A DNA stretch of 32,000 nucleotides from NCBI GenBank assembly GCA_000175855.1, contig ACYB01000038.1, positions 94,243-126,242 on the forward strand. Direction: 5' to 3'. Both the position numbers and the translations under genes were made by a program. Below, in pieces: positions 18,786 through 28,710 of this stretch (position 1 is the first letter of the stretch; each line of letters opens with the position of its first letter). The notes beneath the pieces are model-generated. The model ran no database searches and was not told where the DNA came from. It worked only from the letters and a program-made list of their open reading frames with translations. Origin of the DNA: Raphidiopsis brookii D9. GTDB lineage: Bacteria > Cyanobacteriota > Cyanobacteriia > Cyanobacteriales > Nostocaceae.

Positions 18786-19740
18786 CTAACCAACCAAATG
18801 GAAACTGTGGAGAATTGTATTCACCAAATAATGGGTAAAGGGTAAACTATCAATTACCATTCCTAAACACAATAGCATCATGTAAGAAATAGAGTACAAA
18901 AACAACTCTTTGGCAATAGTTTTATCTTCCGGATTTTGCAATAATCGCCAAGATTTGTGCAGAAAGATTCCACCCAAGGTCATGGCTATCACCACATAAA
19001 CAATCCCACTAGCATGTAAGGGATAAAACAACAATACCGTAGAGGTCACGGTAATTACCGTATAAAACCAAATCTGTCGGACCGTGGCTTGATTACCGGC
19101 AACCACAGGTAACATAGGAATCCCAACTTTTGCGTAGTCGTCCCGAATCATCATGGCTAAAGCCCAGAAGTGGGGGGTGTCCATAAAAATACAATGGCAA
19201 AAAGTAAACCAAGCTGCCCAACTCAAGGTATCTGTAACTGCTGCCCAACCAACTAAAGCGGGAATGGCACCAGCTGCACCCCCAATAACAATGTTTTGAG
19301 TGCTATGGCGTTTTAGCCAATGGGTATAGACTAAAACATAAAAAACAATACCAGAAAATGCTAAAAGTGCAGCCAGTAGATTGGCAAAAACAGTTAATAG
19401 GGTAAAGGAAGCTATAGCTAGGGCGATCGCAAAAATTAAAAGCATCCCTAAATTGCACCTTACCAGAGGGCATGGGACGGTGACGCGTCCTTTCCATTTC
19501 ATAATCTATATCCCGGTCATAGATACAGTTAATGGTTTGGGCGCTAGCTGCTGCCAGGGTTCCACCCAAGAGAGTCACTAATAATAGCCAAGGGTCAACT
19601 TGTCCTTTAGCAGCGATCCACATACTACCAGAAGTAGTAATCAAAAGCAGCGGAATAATCCGAGGCTTAGTTAACTGATAGTAACTTTGAATCACTTGCA
19701 AAAATGAATCATGGTGACGAGAGACATTAGTCTCAATCAT
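18786..19740 (-). pseudogene. ctaB: Protoheme IX farnesyltransferase (heme O synthase), split by a +1 frameshift
   Basis: Two overlapping ORFs (19303..19740 and 18786..19502) together give a full CtaB. The first reads ...[14 protein letters not shown]...[27 protein letters not shown]. The second reads [15 protein letters not shown]...GGAAGAIPALVGWAAV...HFWALAM. The span is 955 nt (3n+1). The junction is at the plus-strand A4 run 19438-19441. Confidence 0.85.
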
Positions 19741-19766
19741 GTTGGTTATACTTCCTTTATCAATTA

Positions 19767-20694
19767 CTAATTATTTAGGTAACTAGGGTTACTAATGCTT
19801 CTGTCTCGTAAAGCCAGAACGGTAAAAACTACTAGAGTTCCTAACAGAGTAGCTCCGACTGCTTGGTGAGTTATAGTGAGAGGTTCAACTTGTAAATGTA
19901 ATCGGAAGGTGGCCAAACCCAACAGCAATTGTGAAATTAACAACCCACCTGCTAGATTAGCCAATTTTCGCAAAACGGGATGTAATGCTGGAGTACGCCA
20001 GGAAATAAAGACCATGGACAAAGTTGCTACCGTGGGGGGTAATAAACCAAAAATATGGCTATACATAACACCACACAACTCCTCTCCTGCTAAACATTGA
20101 TGTAATGCCCAACGGGAACCTACCAAAGCACCTAAAAGACTTTGTAGATAGACCAAAACTGCAGCTGTTAAACTCACCCAAGGAAGTTTGCCCACAGCAC
20201 CTGTTCCTTTATAAGGAATAAGGAATGTACCAATGACTAATAGAGTAGTGAAAAATAAGAGTGCGGTTGCTAAATGAGCAGTTACAATATCAAACCGCAA
20301 CAATTCAGTCACGGTCAGTCCGCCCAAAATTCCTTGAAATACGATTAATAACAGAGCGAAAGTAGCAGCTCCTGGTAACCATAGAGGTAAAACACGACGA
20401 TGCCACCAACATAAACCTGTTAAGGCAATCGCACTTAAGCCAATTAAAAGCAGCATCTAATCTATGGAACCACTCCAAGAAGACTTGAAGATTCATTTGT
20501 TTAGTCGGCACCAATTCGCCATAACACAAGGGCCAGTCTGGACAAGCCAAACCAGCATTCATTACGCGAGTAGCACTACCTATAGCCATCAAAATCAAAG
20601 TGGCTATACAAATTTTCCAAACCAGGCGCCGAATGAGTTCCTGGGGATGATTCTCTACCGCCTCATTTTGTTGTTCTAGGACAAATTCACTCAT
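19767..20694 (-). pseudogene. ctaA: Heme A synthase (COX15/CtaA), split by a +1 frameshift
   Basis: ORFs 20305..20760 and 19767..20456 join as ...SATRVMNAGLACPDWPLCYGELVP...FLEWFHRLDAA | LIGLSAIALTGLCWWHRR... The likely start is ATG 20694 (MSEFVLEQQ...). The span is 928 nt (3n+1). The junction is at the plus-strand A4 run 20446-20449. Confidence 0.85.
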
Positions 20695-21097
20695 GAACGA
20701 TACCCGATCCATTCTAGAGACTGAGAAAGACACACACCTACACCTTAACCTATCGGTCAAAATTGCCAGATGGGCTTTCCTTTATAATTTGAATCCTCCA
20801 GGGCTATCTTGACTGTAAGATTTAGGCATTTTTTAAGATACTAATAATTGGTTATTGACAAATTTGCCAACTTTTGGCCTCATGAATAATGCAGATTAGA
20901 GACCAAGTGGGGATAAATTGCCTAATTTGCCGAAAAAATAACAGCTAATGTTGCCATACATAATGAATGCTCCTAGAAGCAACATGAGAAAAACTTAACA
21001 AAAATTTTAGACATCACAACCCAATCTTCTCACAGCTGCACTACCTTGGTATATGGGTTACTAAATAAATTCAATCAAGTAAAACCTCAAATAAGCC

Positions 21098-22114
21098 GTG
21101 AAAATTCCAAATTCCATCTGGACATTACTCATTGGCATCGCTCTCACTCTAACTAGTCTTTGGTACGGTCAGAATCATGGGCTGTTACCCGCAGCAGCAG
21201 CAGATGAAGCTGTATTAATAGACGGTCTGTTTGATGCGATGTTAACGGTCTCTATAGGCATATTTCTCTTAGTCGAAGGTATTTTAATTTACTCAGTATT
21301 TAAATATCGTCGGCGTGCGGGTGATAACGAAGATGGTCCAGCTATTGAAGGCAACATTCCTCTGGAAATACTTTGGACAGCAATTCCAGCAGTGATAGTC
21401 CTGGGCATTTCTGTATACAGTTTTGATGTATACAATCAAATTGGGGGATTAGATCCTCATGGAGGACATGATGCTCCCATCATGGAGGAAGCTAGGGTTA
21501 TGCCAGGTACTGCTATTGCGGCTACTCTCAGTGACAAGCCAGTAAATAGATCAGTCCATCACCAAGATTCCCCTGCCCCCATGGAAATTGCTCAGGCGGA
21601 AATCGCATCCAATGAAGCGAAACCACTAGTGGTTGAAGTCTCAGCTTTACAATACGCTTGGATATTCACCTATCCAGATGCGGGGATAACCACAGGGGAA
21701 ATTCACGTTCCTGTGGGTCAACAAGTACAGATGAAGATGACAGCTAATGATGTGATTCACGCCTTTTGGGTTCCAGAATTTCGTCTGAAACAAGATGTGA
21801 TCCCAGGTAGGGAAACTCGAGTCCGCTTCACTCCCAAAAAAGAGGGAACCTATACTGTGGTTTGTGCAGAACTCTGTGGACCCTACCATGGTGCTATGCA
21901 AACTCAAGTCATAGTAGAGTCAAAACAAGCCTTTGATGCCTGGGTTCAGGAACAGTTACTGGCGGAAAAAGAAACTATTAATCAGGCGATCGCCCTGAAT
22001 CCCTCCGCTATGTCAGCTGATGAGTTTCTGGCCCCCTATATGCAAAAGATGCATATTCACCCAGAAACCTTAGGAATAGGAAAGGTACTTTTAGAATCTT
22101 TCTCAAAGTCATAG
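21098..22114 (+). CDS. ctaC: Cytochrome c oxidase subunit II
   Basis: GTG start and two N-terminal TM helices. The CuA site reads VVCAELCGPYHGAM. 338 aa. Confidence 0.9.
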   Translation: MKIPNSIWTLLIGIALTLTSLWYGQNHGLLPAAAADEAVLIDGLFDAMLTVSIGIFLLVEGILIYSVFKYRRRAGDNEDGPAIEGNIPLEILWTAIPAVIVLGISVYSFDVYNQIGGLDPHGGHDAPIMEEARVMPGTAIAATLSDKPVNRSVHHQDSPAPMEIAQAEIASNEAKPLVVEVSALQYAWIFTYPDAGITTGEIHVPVGQQVQMKMTANDVIHAFWVPEFRLKQDVIPGRETRVRFTPKKEGTYTVVCAELCGPYHGAMQTQVIVESKQAFDAWVQEQLLAEKETINQAIALNPSAMSADEFLAPYMQKMHIHPETLGIGKVLLESFSKS

Positions 22115-22188
22115 CTGGTAAAGATATGGCTTAAATATATCGGGAGAAAACACCTTTTGAACTTCCTAAATGGAAAGCCCCTATAACT

Positions 22189-23808
22189 ATGACACAAGCT
22201 CAATTACAAGACACCTCTCACCTGGCCATACCCCATGAACAATTGGGGGGAAGAAAGTGGTGGGAATTTTTTACTTTTAATACCGACCACAAGGTAATCG
22301 GGATTCAATATCTAGTGACATCGTTTATTTTTTACTGTATTGGCGGTGTCATGGCAGATTTGGTACGGACAGAATTACGCACTCCAGAAGTAGATTTTGT
22401 CACGCCAGAAGTTTATAACAGTCTGTTTACTCTCCATGCCACGATCATGATTTTCCTCTGGATAGTTCCAGCGGGGGCGGGTTTTGCCAATTATCTGATT
22501 CCCTTGATGATTGGAGCTAGGGATATGGCTTTTCCCCGGTTGAATGCGGTGGCTTTTTGGATGATTCCTCCTTCAGGTATATTATTAGTTGCCAGCTTAG
22601 TGGTGGGCGATGCTCCAGATGCTGGTTGGACTTCCTATCCTCCCCTGAGTTTAATGACCGGTGAGGTGGGTGAAGCCATTTGGATTATGAGTATTCTGTT
22701 ACTAGGTACATCCTCAATTTTAGGAGCAATTAATTTTTTGGTCACCATGCTGAAAATGCGTGTTCCTAGCATGGGGATTCATAAAATGCCCCTGTTTTGC
22801 TGGGCTATGTTGGCAACTTCCGCCCTGGTTTTATTATCCACACCTGTTTTGGCAGGAGCATTGATTCTACTGGCTTTTGATTTGTTAGCAGGAACCACCT
22901 TTTTTAATCCCACTGGTGGTGGTGACCCGGTAGTTTACCAACACATGTTTTGGTTCTACTCTCACCCAGCGGTGTATATTATGATTTTGCCTTTCTTTGG
23001 CGCAATTTCAGAAATTATACCAGTTCATGCTCGCAAACCCATTTTTGGTTATAAGGCGATCGCCTATTCTTCTCTAGCGATTAGTTTTTTGGGTTTAATT
23101 GTTTGGGCCCACCACATGTTTACCAGTGGTATTCCGGGTTGGTTACGGATGTTCTTTATGATTACGACCATGATCATCGCCGTGCCCACGGGGATCAAAA
23201 TCTTTAGTTGGTTAGCAACCATCTGGGGAGGGAAAGTGGAATTAAATACTCCCATGTTATTTGCTATTGGTTTTGTGGGTACTTTCGTCATTGGTGGTAT
23301 CAGCGGTGTGATGTTAGCCTCTGTACCTTTTGACATTCATGTTCATGACACCTACTTTGTAGTTGCCCATTTGCACTATGTACTATTTGGTGGTAGTGTG
23401 CTGGGGATTTTTGCCGCTATTTATCATTGGTTTCCCAAAATGACAGGGAGAATGATGAATGAGTTTTGGGGTAAGGTTCACTTTGCTCTAACTATTGTTG
23501 GGTTAAATATGTCCTTTTTGCCCATGCACAAATTAGGACTAATGGGTATGAACCGTCGTATTGCCCAATATGACCCAAAATTCACCACCTTAAATGAAAT
23601 ATGTACATACGGGGCTTATATTCTAGCTGTTTCCACTTTGCCCTTTATTATCAATGCTGTATGGAGTTGGTTATATGGGCCCAAAGCTAGTAATAATCCT
23701 TGGCGTGGTCTGACTTTAGAGTGGATGACCACCTCCCCACCAGAAATTGAAAACTTTGAAAAACTGCCCGTTTTGACCACAGGTCCCTATGACTACGGTG
23801 TGAAATAA
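22189..23808 (+). CDS. ctaD: Cytochrome c oxidase subunit I
   Basis: 539 aa and 12-TM-like. Motifs are WFYSHPAVYIMILP, WAHHMFTSG and HDTYFVVAHLHYVLFGG. Confidence 0.97.
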   Translation: MTQAQLQDTSHLAIPHEQLGGRKWWEFFTFNTDHKVIGIQYLVTSFIFYCIGGVMADLVRTELRTPEVDFVTPEVYNSLFTLHATIMIFLWIVPAGAGFANYLIPLMIGARDMAFPRLNAVAFWMIPPSGILLVASLVVGDAPDAGWTSYPPLSLMTGEVGEAIWIMSILLLGTSSILGAINFLVTMLKMRVPSMGIHKMPLFCWAMLATSALVLLSTPVLAGALILLAFDLLAGTTFFNPTGGGDPVVYQHMFWFYSHPAVYIMILPFFGAISEIIPVHARKPIFGYKAIAYSSLAISFLGLIVWAHHMFTSGIPGWLRMFFMITTMIIAVPTGIKIFSWLATIWGGKVELNTPMLFAIGFVGTFVIGGISGVMLASVPFDIHVHDTYFVVAHLHYVLFGGSVLGIFAAIYHWFPKMTGRMMNEFWGKVHFALTIVGLNMSFLPMHKLGLMGMNRRIAQYDPKFTTLNEICTYGAYILAVSTLPFIINAVWSWLYGPKASNNPWRGLTLEWMTTSPPEIENFEKLPVLTTGPYDYGVK

Positions 23809-23888
23809 AACGAAACCTAAATTTTGCAGCAATTGTAGGGGAAAGGGGGATTTAACTAGCAATTACTTATTTACTACTGTCAAAATTT

Positions 23889-24506
23889 ATGCAAAGTCAA
23901 ATTGTGGACACTGCTCAACTCACAGCAAATCATCAGCTTCATCTAGATGGTCATCATGAAGCACACCCGGATTATCGTTTGTTTGGTCTGGTGGTGTTTC
24001 TCATTGCTGAGGGGATGATTTTTATGGGTATGTTTGGAGCTTATCTAGCTTTCCGCTCTACCTTATCTGTATGGCCACCAGAAGGTACACCTGAATTGGA
24101 ACTATTATTACCGGGTGTGAATACTATAAATTTGATTGCTAGCAGTTTTGTTATGCACAACGCTGATACAGCAATTAAAAAGAATGACGAAAAAGGAATG
24201 CGTATATGGTTAGCTATTACTGCTGCCATGGGAATAATTTTTCTGTTTGGTCAAGTTTATGAATATACCCATTTGGAATTTGGTTTAACCACCAATCTTT
24301 TTGCCAGTGCATTCTACGTCTTGACTGGTTTCCACGGTTTGCATGTTACCTTGGGAGTTTTGCTAATTTTGTCCGTTTTGTGGCGCTCTCGTCATTCTGG
24401 ACACTATAATAGTCAAAGTCATTTTGGTATAGAAGCTGCGGAATTGTATTGGCACTTTGTAGACGTGATCTGGATTGTTTTATTTGGATTACTTTATTTG
24501 CTGTAA
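23889..24506 (+). CDS. ctaE: Cytochrome c oxidase subunit III
   Basis: 205 aa with FHGLHVTLGVLL and YWHFVDVIWIVLF motifs. It follows ctaD directly. Confidence 0.95.
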   Translation: MQSQIVDTAQLTANHQLHLDGHHEAHPDYRLFGLVVFLIAEGMIFMGMFGAYLAFRSTLSVWPPEGTPELELLLPGVNTINLIASSFVMHNADTAIKKNDEKGMRIWLAITAAMGIIFLFGQVYEYTHLEFGLTTNLFASAFYVLTGFHGLHVTLGVLLILSVLWRSRHSGHYNSQSHFGIEAAELYWHFVDVIWIVLFGLLYLL

Positions 24507-24526
24507 GTTGCATTTTATAGCTCTAT

Positions 24527-24560
24527 TATAGCCATAGTCACCGCTTTGACTAAGGCTATA
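24527..24560. terminator. Hairpin between convergent ctaE and the EEP-family gene
   Basis: TATAGCCATAGTCA-ccgctt-TGACTAAGGCTATA pairs at 13 of 14 positions. The downstream sequence is only moderately T-rich. Confidence 0.45.
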
Positions 24561-24586
24561 TGGCTATATTGTGTTCCCAGGATAAG

Positions 24587-25360
24587 TCAAGTTTCTCCAG
24601 TAAGACCTAATTTGACAATCACCGGAAAATGATCCGATGGCCATATACCCTCCCATCGCTGATCGTCAATAATCACGTGATTAATTTGCCAACGGTGATC
24701 GCAATATATTGTATCTCTGGCATCCCAAGCTTGACCTGTAAAGTCGTGGAAGGTTTTTTGTGATTCTAAAGGAAGATTACCCAGAACATCTCTAATTCTA
24801 TAATTATCAGCGAGAATAATTCTTTCCAGACTCTTAGGACCAGCGTTAAAATCCCCCGTTAACAATAAATAGTCTTCCATGGGAAAATTCATTAAGCGCA
24901 AACTCACTAAACCCGCACCCAACTCCCTAGCTCTACTAACCTCATGATCTAAATGAGTATTCATGATGGTCACAGAAAAACCTAAATCCTCCACCATAAA
25001 ATTGGCCCAAGTGACCATTCTGGGTAAACGAGTCCCCCAGGTAATACTACCGGGAATTTCTGGGGTGTCACTCAGGTAAAAATCCTGGGTTTCCCTCAGC
25101 TGCAACTTTCCTCTCTTATAGAAGATCGCACAATGTTCACCTTTTCCTGTTCCAGTGCGATCGCCCCCCACAAATTCATAGTCTGGTAAAAGTACCTGTA
25201 AATCCCTAAGTTGATGAGGTTGACCCTCCTGGGTCCCCCATAACTCAGGTTGATAATTTTGGATCATACAGGCGATCGCTCCTACACGCTTTTGCCAACA
25301 TCTCTCACCCGGATCTGGTTTGTCGCAGCGGAGGTTGAAAGTCATAACTGTGATTTGCAT
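24587..25360 (-). CDS. Endonuclease/exonuclease/phosphatase (EEP) family protein
   Basis: The likely start is MQITVMTFNLR (25360); the longer ORF from 25417 adds a non-homologous-looking leader. Motifs are TFNLR, TQE, GDFN and SDHFPV. Confidence 0.8.
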   Translation of the reverse strand: MQITVMTFNLRCDKPDPGERCWQKRVGAIACMIQNYQPELWGTQEGQPHQLRDLQVLLPDYEFVGGDRTGTGKGEHCAIFYKRGKLQLRETQDFYLSDTPEIPGSITWGTRLPRMVTWANFMVEDLGFSVTIMNTHLDHEVSRARELGAGLVSLRLMNFPMEDYLLLTGDFNAGPKSLERIILADNYRIRDVLGNLPLESQKTFHDFTGQAWDARDTIYCDHRWQINHVIIDDQRWEGIWPSDHFPVIVKLGLTGET

Positions 25361-25419
25361 TACACTACCTAAGTGAATCCCTAGGGAATAATATATAACA
25401 AATATATTATTCCTCAAAT

Positions 25420-26136
25420 TTAAACTCTATTATGTTCAGGAGATTCAAACTTGTAACCATAACCACGTACTGTTTTAATAAACTCTGGAGTGCTAGAATC
25501 AACCTCCATTTTTTTACGCAGTTGACCAATATGAACATCAACAACCCTTCCATCACCCACATAGTCACACCCCCAAATTTTTTGAATTAGCTGGGGACGA
25601 CTCCACGCTTGTCCAGGGTGACAAGCCAAAAAATGTAAAATATTAAACTCTAAAGCAGTTAAGGCCAAAGGTTTATCATTGAGTGTGACTTCTCGACCTT
25701 CTGGGTTGATTGCTAACTGTTTAAAAATAAGACGTTGTGATTGGGTGGGTTGAATATAACGTATGCGTCTCAGGAGAGCATTTACTCTCACTTCCACCTC
25801 CACTAGACTAAATGGTTTGGTCATAAAATCATCCGCACCACCAGTTAGGACTTTAATTTTGTCAGTTTCATCATTACGACTGGTGAGCATAAGAACTAAG
25901 ACATTGGTTCGATTTTGCATATCCTGACAAAGTTTGTAACCATTTATATCTGGTAAGTTCCAGTCTAGTATTACCAAAGATGGATTAAACTGCTCAAACA
26001 ATGTCATAGCACTTTTACCATCAGCAGCAGTTTCTGTTTTATATTTTCGACTTAAAAAGCGATGAACAAGATTTCTGACACTGAAATCGTCATCTACAAC
26101 CATAATCTTGGGAATATTTGTAGCGATGTTATCCAT
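25420..26136 (-). CDS. OmpR-family response regulator (receiver plus winged-helix DNA-binding domain)
   Basis: The likely start is MDNIATNIPKIMVVDDD (26136). The receiver shows VILDWNLPDING and MLTSRND...KPF. The C-terminal part reads LTALEFNILHFL...VDVHIGQLRKK...IKTVRGYGYKF. Confidence 0.9.
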   Translation of the reverse strand: MDNIATNIPKIMVVDDDFSVRNLVHRFLSRKYKTETAADGKSAMTLFEQFNPSLVILDWNLPDINGYKLCQDMQNRTNVLVLMLTSRNDETDKIKVLTGGADDFMTKPFSLVEVEVRVNALLRRIRYIQPTQSQRLIFKQLAINPEGREVTLNDKPLALTALEFNILHFLACHPGQAWSRPQLIQKIWGCDYVGDGRVVDVHIGQLRKKMEVDSSTPEFIKTVRGYGYKFESPEHNRV

Positions 26137-26474
26137 AGTCTTGTGCAGATTATTAATTAACAAATGGTTTTTCTGTTTGTTTGTGATTTTTATACCCAAA
26201 AATATTAGTTTCCCTCTGATGCGGTAGGAACAATATTTTATTCTTGGTATAATTGTTTTGCTATACAATTAGCTTCTTCTGGCGTTTTCCCTGAACTTTA
26301 ACCAACCAACATTTTAATCGCCAAAAACTGTATCGTGAATGTATGATTTTGGGTATTTTTTTGTATTTTTTTTTGTATAAAATATTATTAACTTATTATT
26401 GTTAACTATTATTATTAACTGGTTAACCCATTTCCAATTCCCCAATTCCAGTAACTTATTACTAGTGTCTATGA

Positions 26475-27116
26475 CTAGTGTTCAAATAGGTCTTTGAACT
26501 GCAAAAGATCCAAAGAAACTAAAGTAGGTAAAAAACTAAAACACTCCTGTACCAATTGCCAACGCTCTTCTCTTTGTAACATTTGAGAAAGTTTTTGCTT
26601 CAAACTGAGTAAATAGCGTACATCATTAGCAGCATAGCTTAGTTGAGCATCAGATAAACTCACCGGGTTCCCCCAGTCTGAACTCTGAGAACTTTTATCC
26701 AATTCTAGTTGCTCTAACTCCTGTACAAGCTCCTTTAATCCATGGCGATTTGTATAAGTACGAGCCAACTTACTGGCAATTTTCGTGCAAAAAACAGGTT
26801 GGACATAAATTTTCAGGTTGTGACGCAAAGTAGCCAGATCAAACCTAGCAAAGTGAAAAACCTTGACAACATGGGTTGATTCTAGAAGTTGTTGTAGGTT
26901 AGGAGCGTGGGTTTGTCCCTTAGCAATGCGGACAGCAGTCACCTTACCTTCAGGGTTACACAGTTGAACCAGACAGAGACGATCTCGCTGTGGTACCAAA
27001 CCCATAGTTTCCGTATCCACCGCTAAAGCATCTGACCTTAAATATTCTGACAGGGTAGGGTGGTCTAGATCCCCATCAAGTACCTGAAAATCATCTAGTG
27101 TCATGATTTTTACCAA
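26475..27116 (-). CDS. RNase D-like DEDDy 3'-5' exonuclease
   Basis: The Exo I motif is VDTETMGL, Exo II is FHFARFDL, and Exo III is YAANDVRYL. 213 aa; an alternative start lies at Met5. Confidence 0.8.
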   Translation of the reverse strand: MVKIMTLDDFQVLDGDLDHPTLSEYLRSDALAVDTETMGLVPQRDRLCLVQLCNPEGKVTAVRIAKGQTHAPNLQQLLESTHVVKVFHFARFDLATLRHNLKIYVQPVFCTKIASKLARTYTNRHGLKELVQELEQLELDKSSQSSDWGNPVSLSDAQLSYAANDVRYLLSLKQKLSQMLQREERWQLVQECFSFLPTLVSLDLLQFKDLFEH

Positions 27117-27165
27117 AACATTTACAAAACAATTACCTTATGTAATGACCTTATCAGAAAATCGC

Positions 27166-27768
27166 TTAAAAAGCTGGGGATCTGGGGGAAATTTTTCGGG
27201 AGTATCTGAGGGTTGTATTGATAAATATTTGAGTCAGATAAACTTCACCTTTATCATTTTTAGCTACCCCCACCCCTGTCAGCTGAAACTTCCCTCGAAT
27301 ATTTCGCAAATGTCCCGGACTATTAAGCCAACCAATTATCGCTTGTTTTGCTGGTTCATTATACCCTATGTTAAATGCCACATTTTCTGCAGCATTATTA
27401 TATTTTAAATGGATGGATTTGACCCGTTGCTCAAAACCATGATGGCTAAATTTTACCGTACCATTAGCCATATTTTGACTATGAATTCTTGCCTGTTTAG
27501 TGATGTTTAAATTCAAGGTTAATTTTGATAATCCTTGGGCAACACGATACTGATTAATTTGCTCAAAAACCAATTTTTCTAACCTGTTATTATCGTGCTT
27601 ATTACCCTCATTATTCTGGTGGGAAGCAACAGCTCGGGTGGAACCATTAAATGAGGAAATAGATGAGATTTTTTTAGTAACATTGCTAGTGGAAATAGCA
27701 CCAGTTACCAATCCACTGGTAAGGACAAGTGTAGTTAAACCAATTCCGAAAGCAGTTTGTCGGAACAT
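27166..27768 (-). CDS. Secreted CAP/SCP (YkwD-like) domain protein, paralog 1
   Basis: The likely start is MFRQTAFGIGLTTLVLTSG, a signal peptide. The CAP core reads INQYRVAQGL...ARIHSQNMA...FSHHGF...AENVAFN...GWLNSPGHLRNI...GVGVAKN. Confidence 0.8.
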   Translation of the reverse strand: MFRQTAFGIGLTTLVLTSGLVTGAISTSNVTKKISSISSFNGSTRAVASHQNNEGNKHDNNRLEKLVFEQINQYRVAQGLSKLTLNLNITKQARIHSQNMANGTVKFSHHGFEQRVKSIHLKYNNAAENVAFNIGYNEPAKQAIIGWLNSPGHLRNIRGKFQLTGVGVAKNDKGEVYLTQIFINTTLRYSRKISPRSPAF

Positions 27769-27999
27769 AGAAAAATCCCCAGATAGTGTATGAGTTTCTT
27801 GGACATATACTCTATCTTTCAATACTCAAAAGAAATACCAGGAAGGATACTTCCAGTATATGTCTATGATGGATGGTACTTTTGGTGATATCCTCAATAC
27901 ATTCTCAACTACAAAATATATAAAAACAGTATCTTCTGACAGATAACTTAATAGTTTATGGAGAAAATTAGGTTAGAAATTGATTAATAGATTAAGACC

Positions 28000-28707
28000 T
28001 CATGACGATAACATAGGTACTTCTATCAGCAACAGCTCACATTGTTGAAAGACTTGAATGTGCAGATCTTCCTCCAGTCCCAGTCCATCACGAGGAAATA
28101 GCTCTTTGCCATTGACGTTTGCAAATCCTGATATCACGAACACATACACACCTTGACCTTTTCCGTGCAACTTATATTCCACACTAGTTCCTTCTAGATC
28201 TGCCAAATAAAACCAAGCATCTTGATTGATCCCTAGTCCTTCACCATCACCAGAAACCACTGTTTGTAACTTTTGCTTGCGATCGCTAGGATTGAAGGCT
28301 TTTTGTTCATATCTAGGCTGAACACCTATCTTCTTGGGTAAGACCCAGATTTGAAGGAGTTTGAGATCCTCATCACCATGGTTGAATTCTGAATGGAGGA
28401 TACCCGTTCCTGCACTCATGGACTGGATTTCTCCCTTTTGTAGTACTTGAGAGTTTCCCATACTATCTTTGTGTCTAAGAGAACCTTGAAGAGGTATGGT
28501 CACAATTTCCATATCCCTGTGGGGGTGGGTGGCAAATCCCCTACCAGCAGCTATATGGTCATCGTTAATGACGCGAAGAGCCCCAAATCCCATACGAGAA
28601 GGATCATGATAGTTAGCAAAGCTAAATGTGTGTTTCGCTTTAAGCCACCCGTGGTCTGCCACACCTCTGGTGTTTGCTGCATGGTAAATCATTGGAAACC
28701 TCGCCAA
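28000..28707 (-). CDS. Pirin-family (bicupin) protein
   Basis: The motif FATHPHRDMEIVTIPLQGSLRHKDSMGN and the two-cupin layout are present. 235 aa. The start lies 4 nt downstream of the upstream CAP gene stop. Confidence 0.9.
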   Translation of the reverse strand: MARFPMIYHAANTRGVADHGWLKAKHTFSFANYHDPSRMGFGALRVINDDHIAAGRGFATHPHRDMEIVTIPLQGSLRHKDSMGNSQVLQKGEIQSMSAGTGILHSEFNHGDEDLKLLQIWVLPKKIGVQPRYEQKAFNPSDRKQKLQTVVSGDGEGLGINQDAWFYLADLEGTSVEYKLHGKGQGVYVFVISGFANVNGKELFPRDGLGLEEDLHIQVFQQCELLLIEVPMLSS

Positions 28708-28710
28708 AAT

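Noticed and set aside
19434-20452. Programmed +1 ribosomal frameshifting at the shared GCU UUU AAU site of ctaA and ctaB.
   Set aside because: No stimulatory element is visible, such as an upstream SD-like sequence or a rare or stop codon in the A site. The shared context is explained by common codons for D-A-L-I. A third unrelated homopolymer frameshift nearby favours error or decay. This is kept only as a low-probability alternative in the finding.
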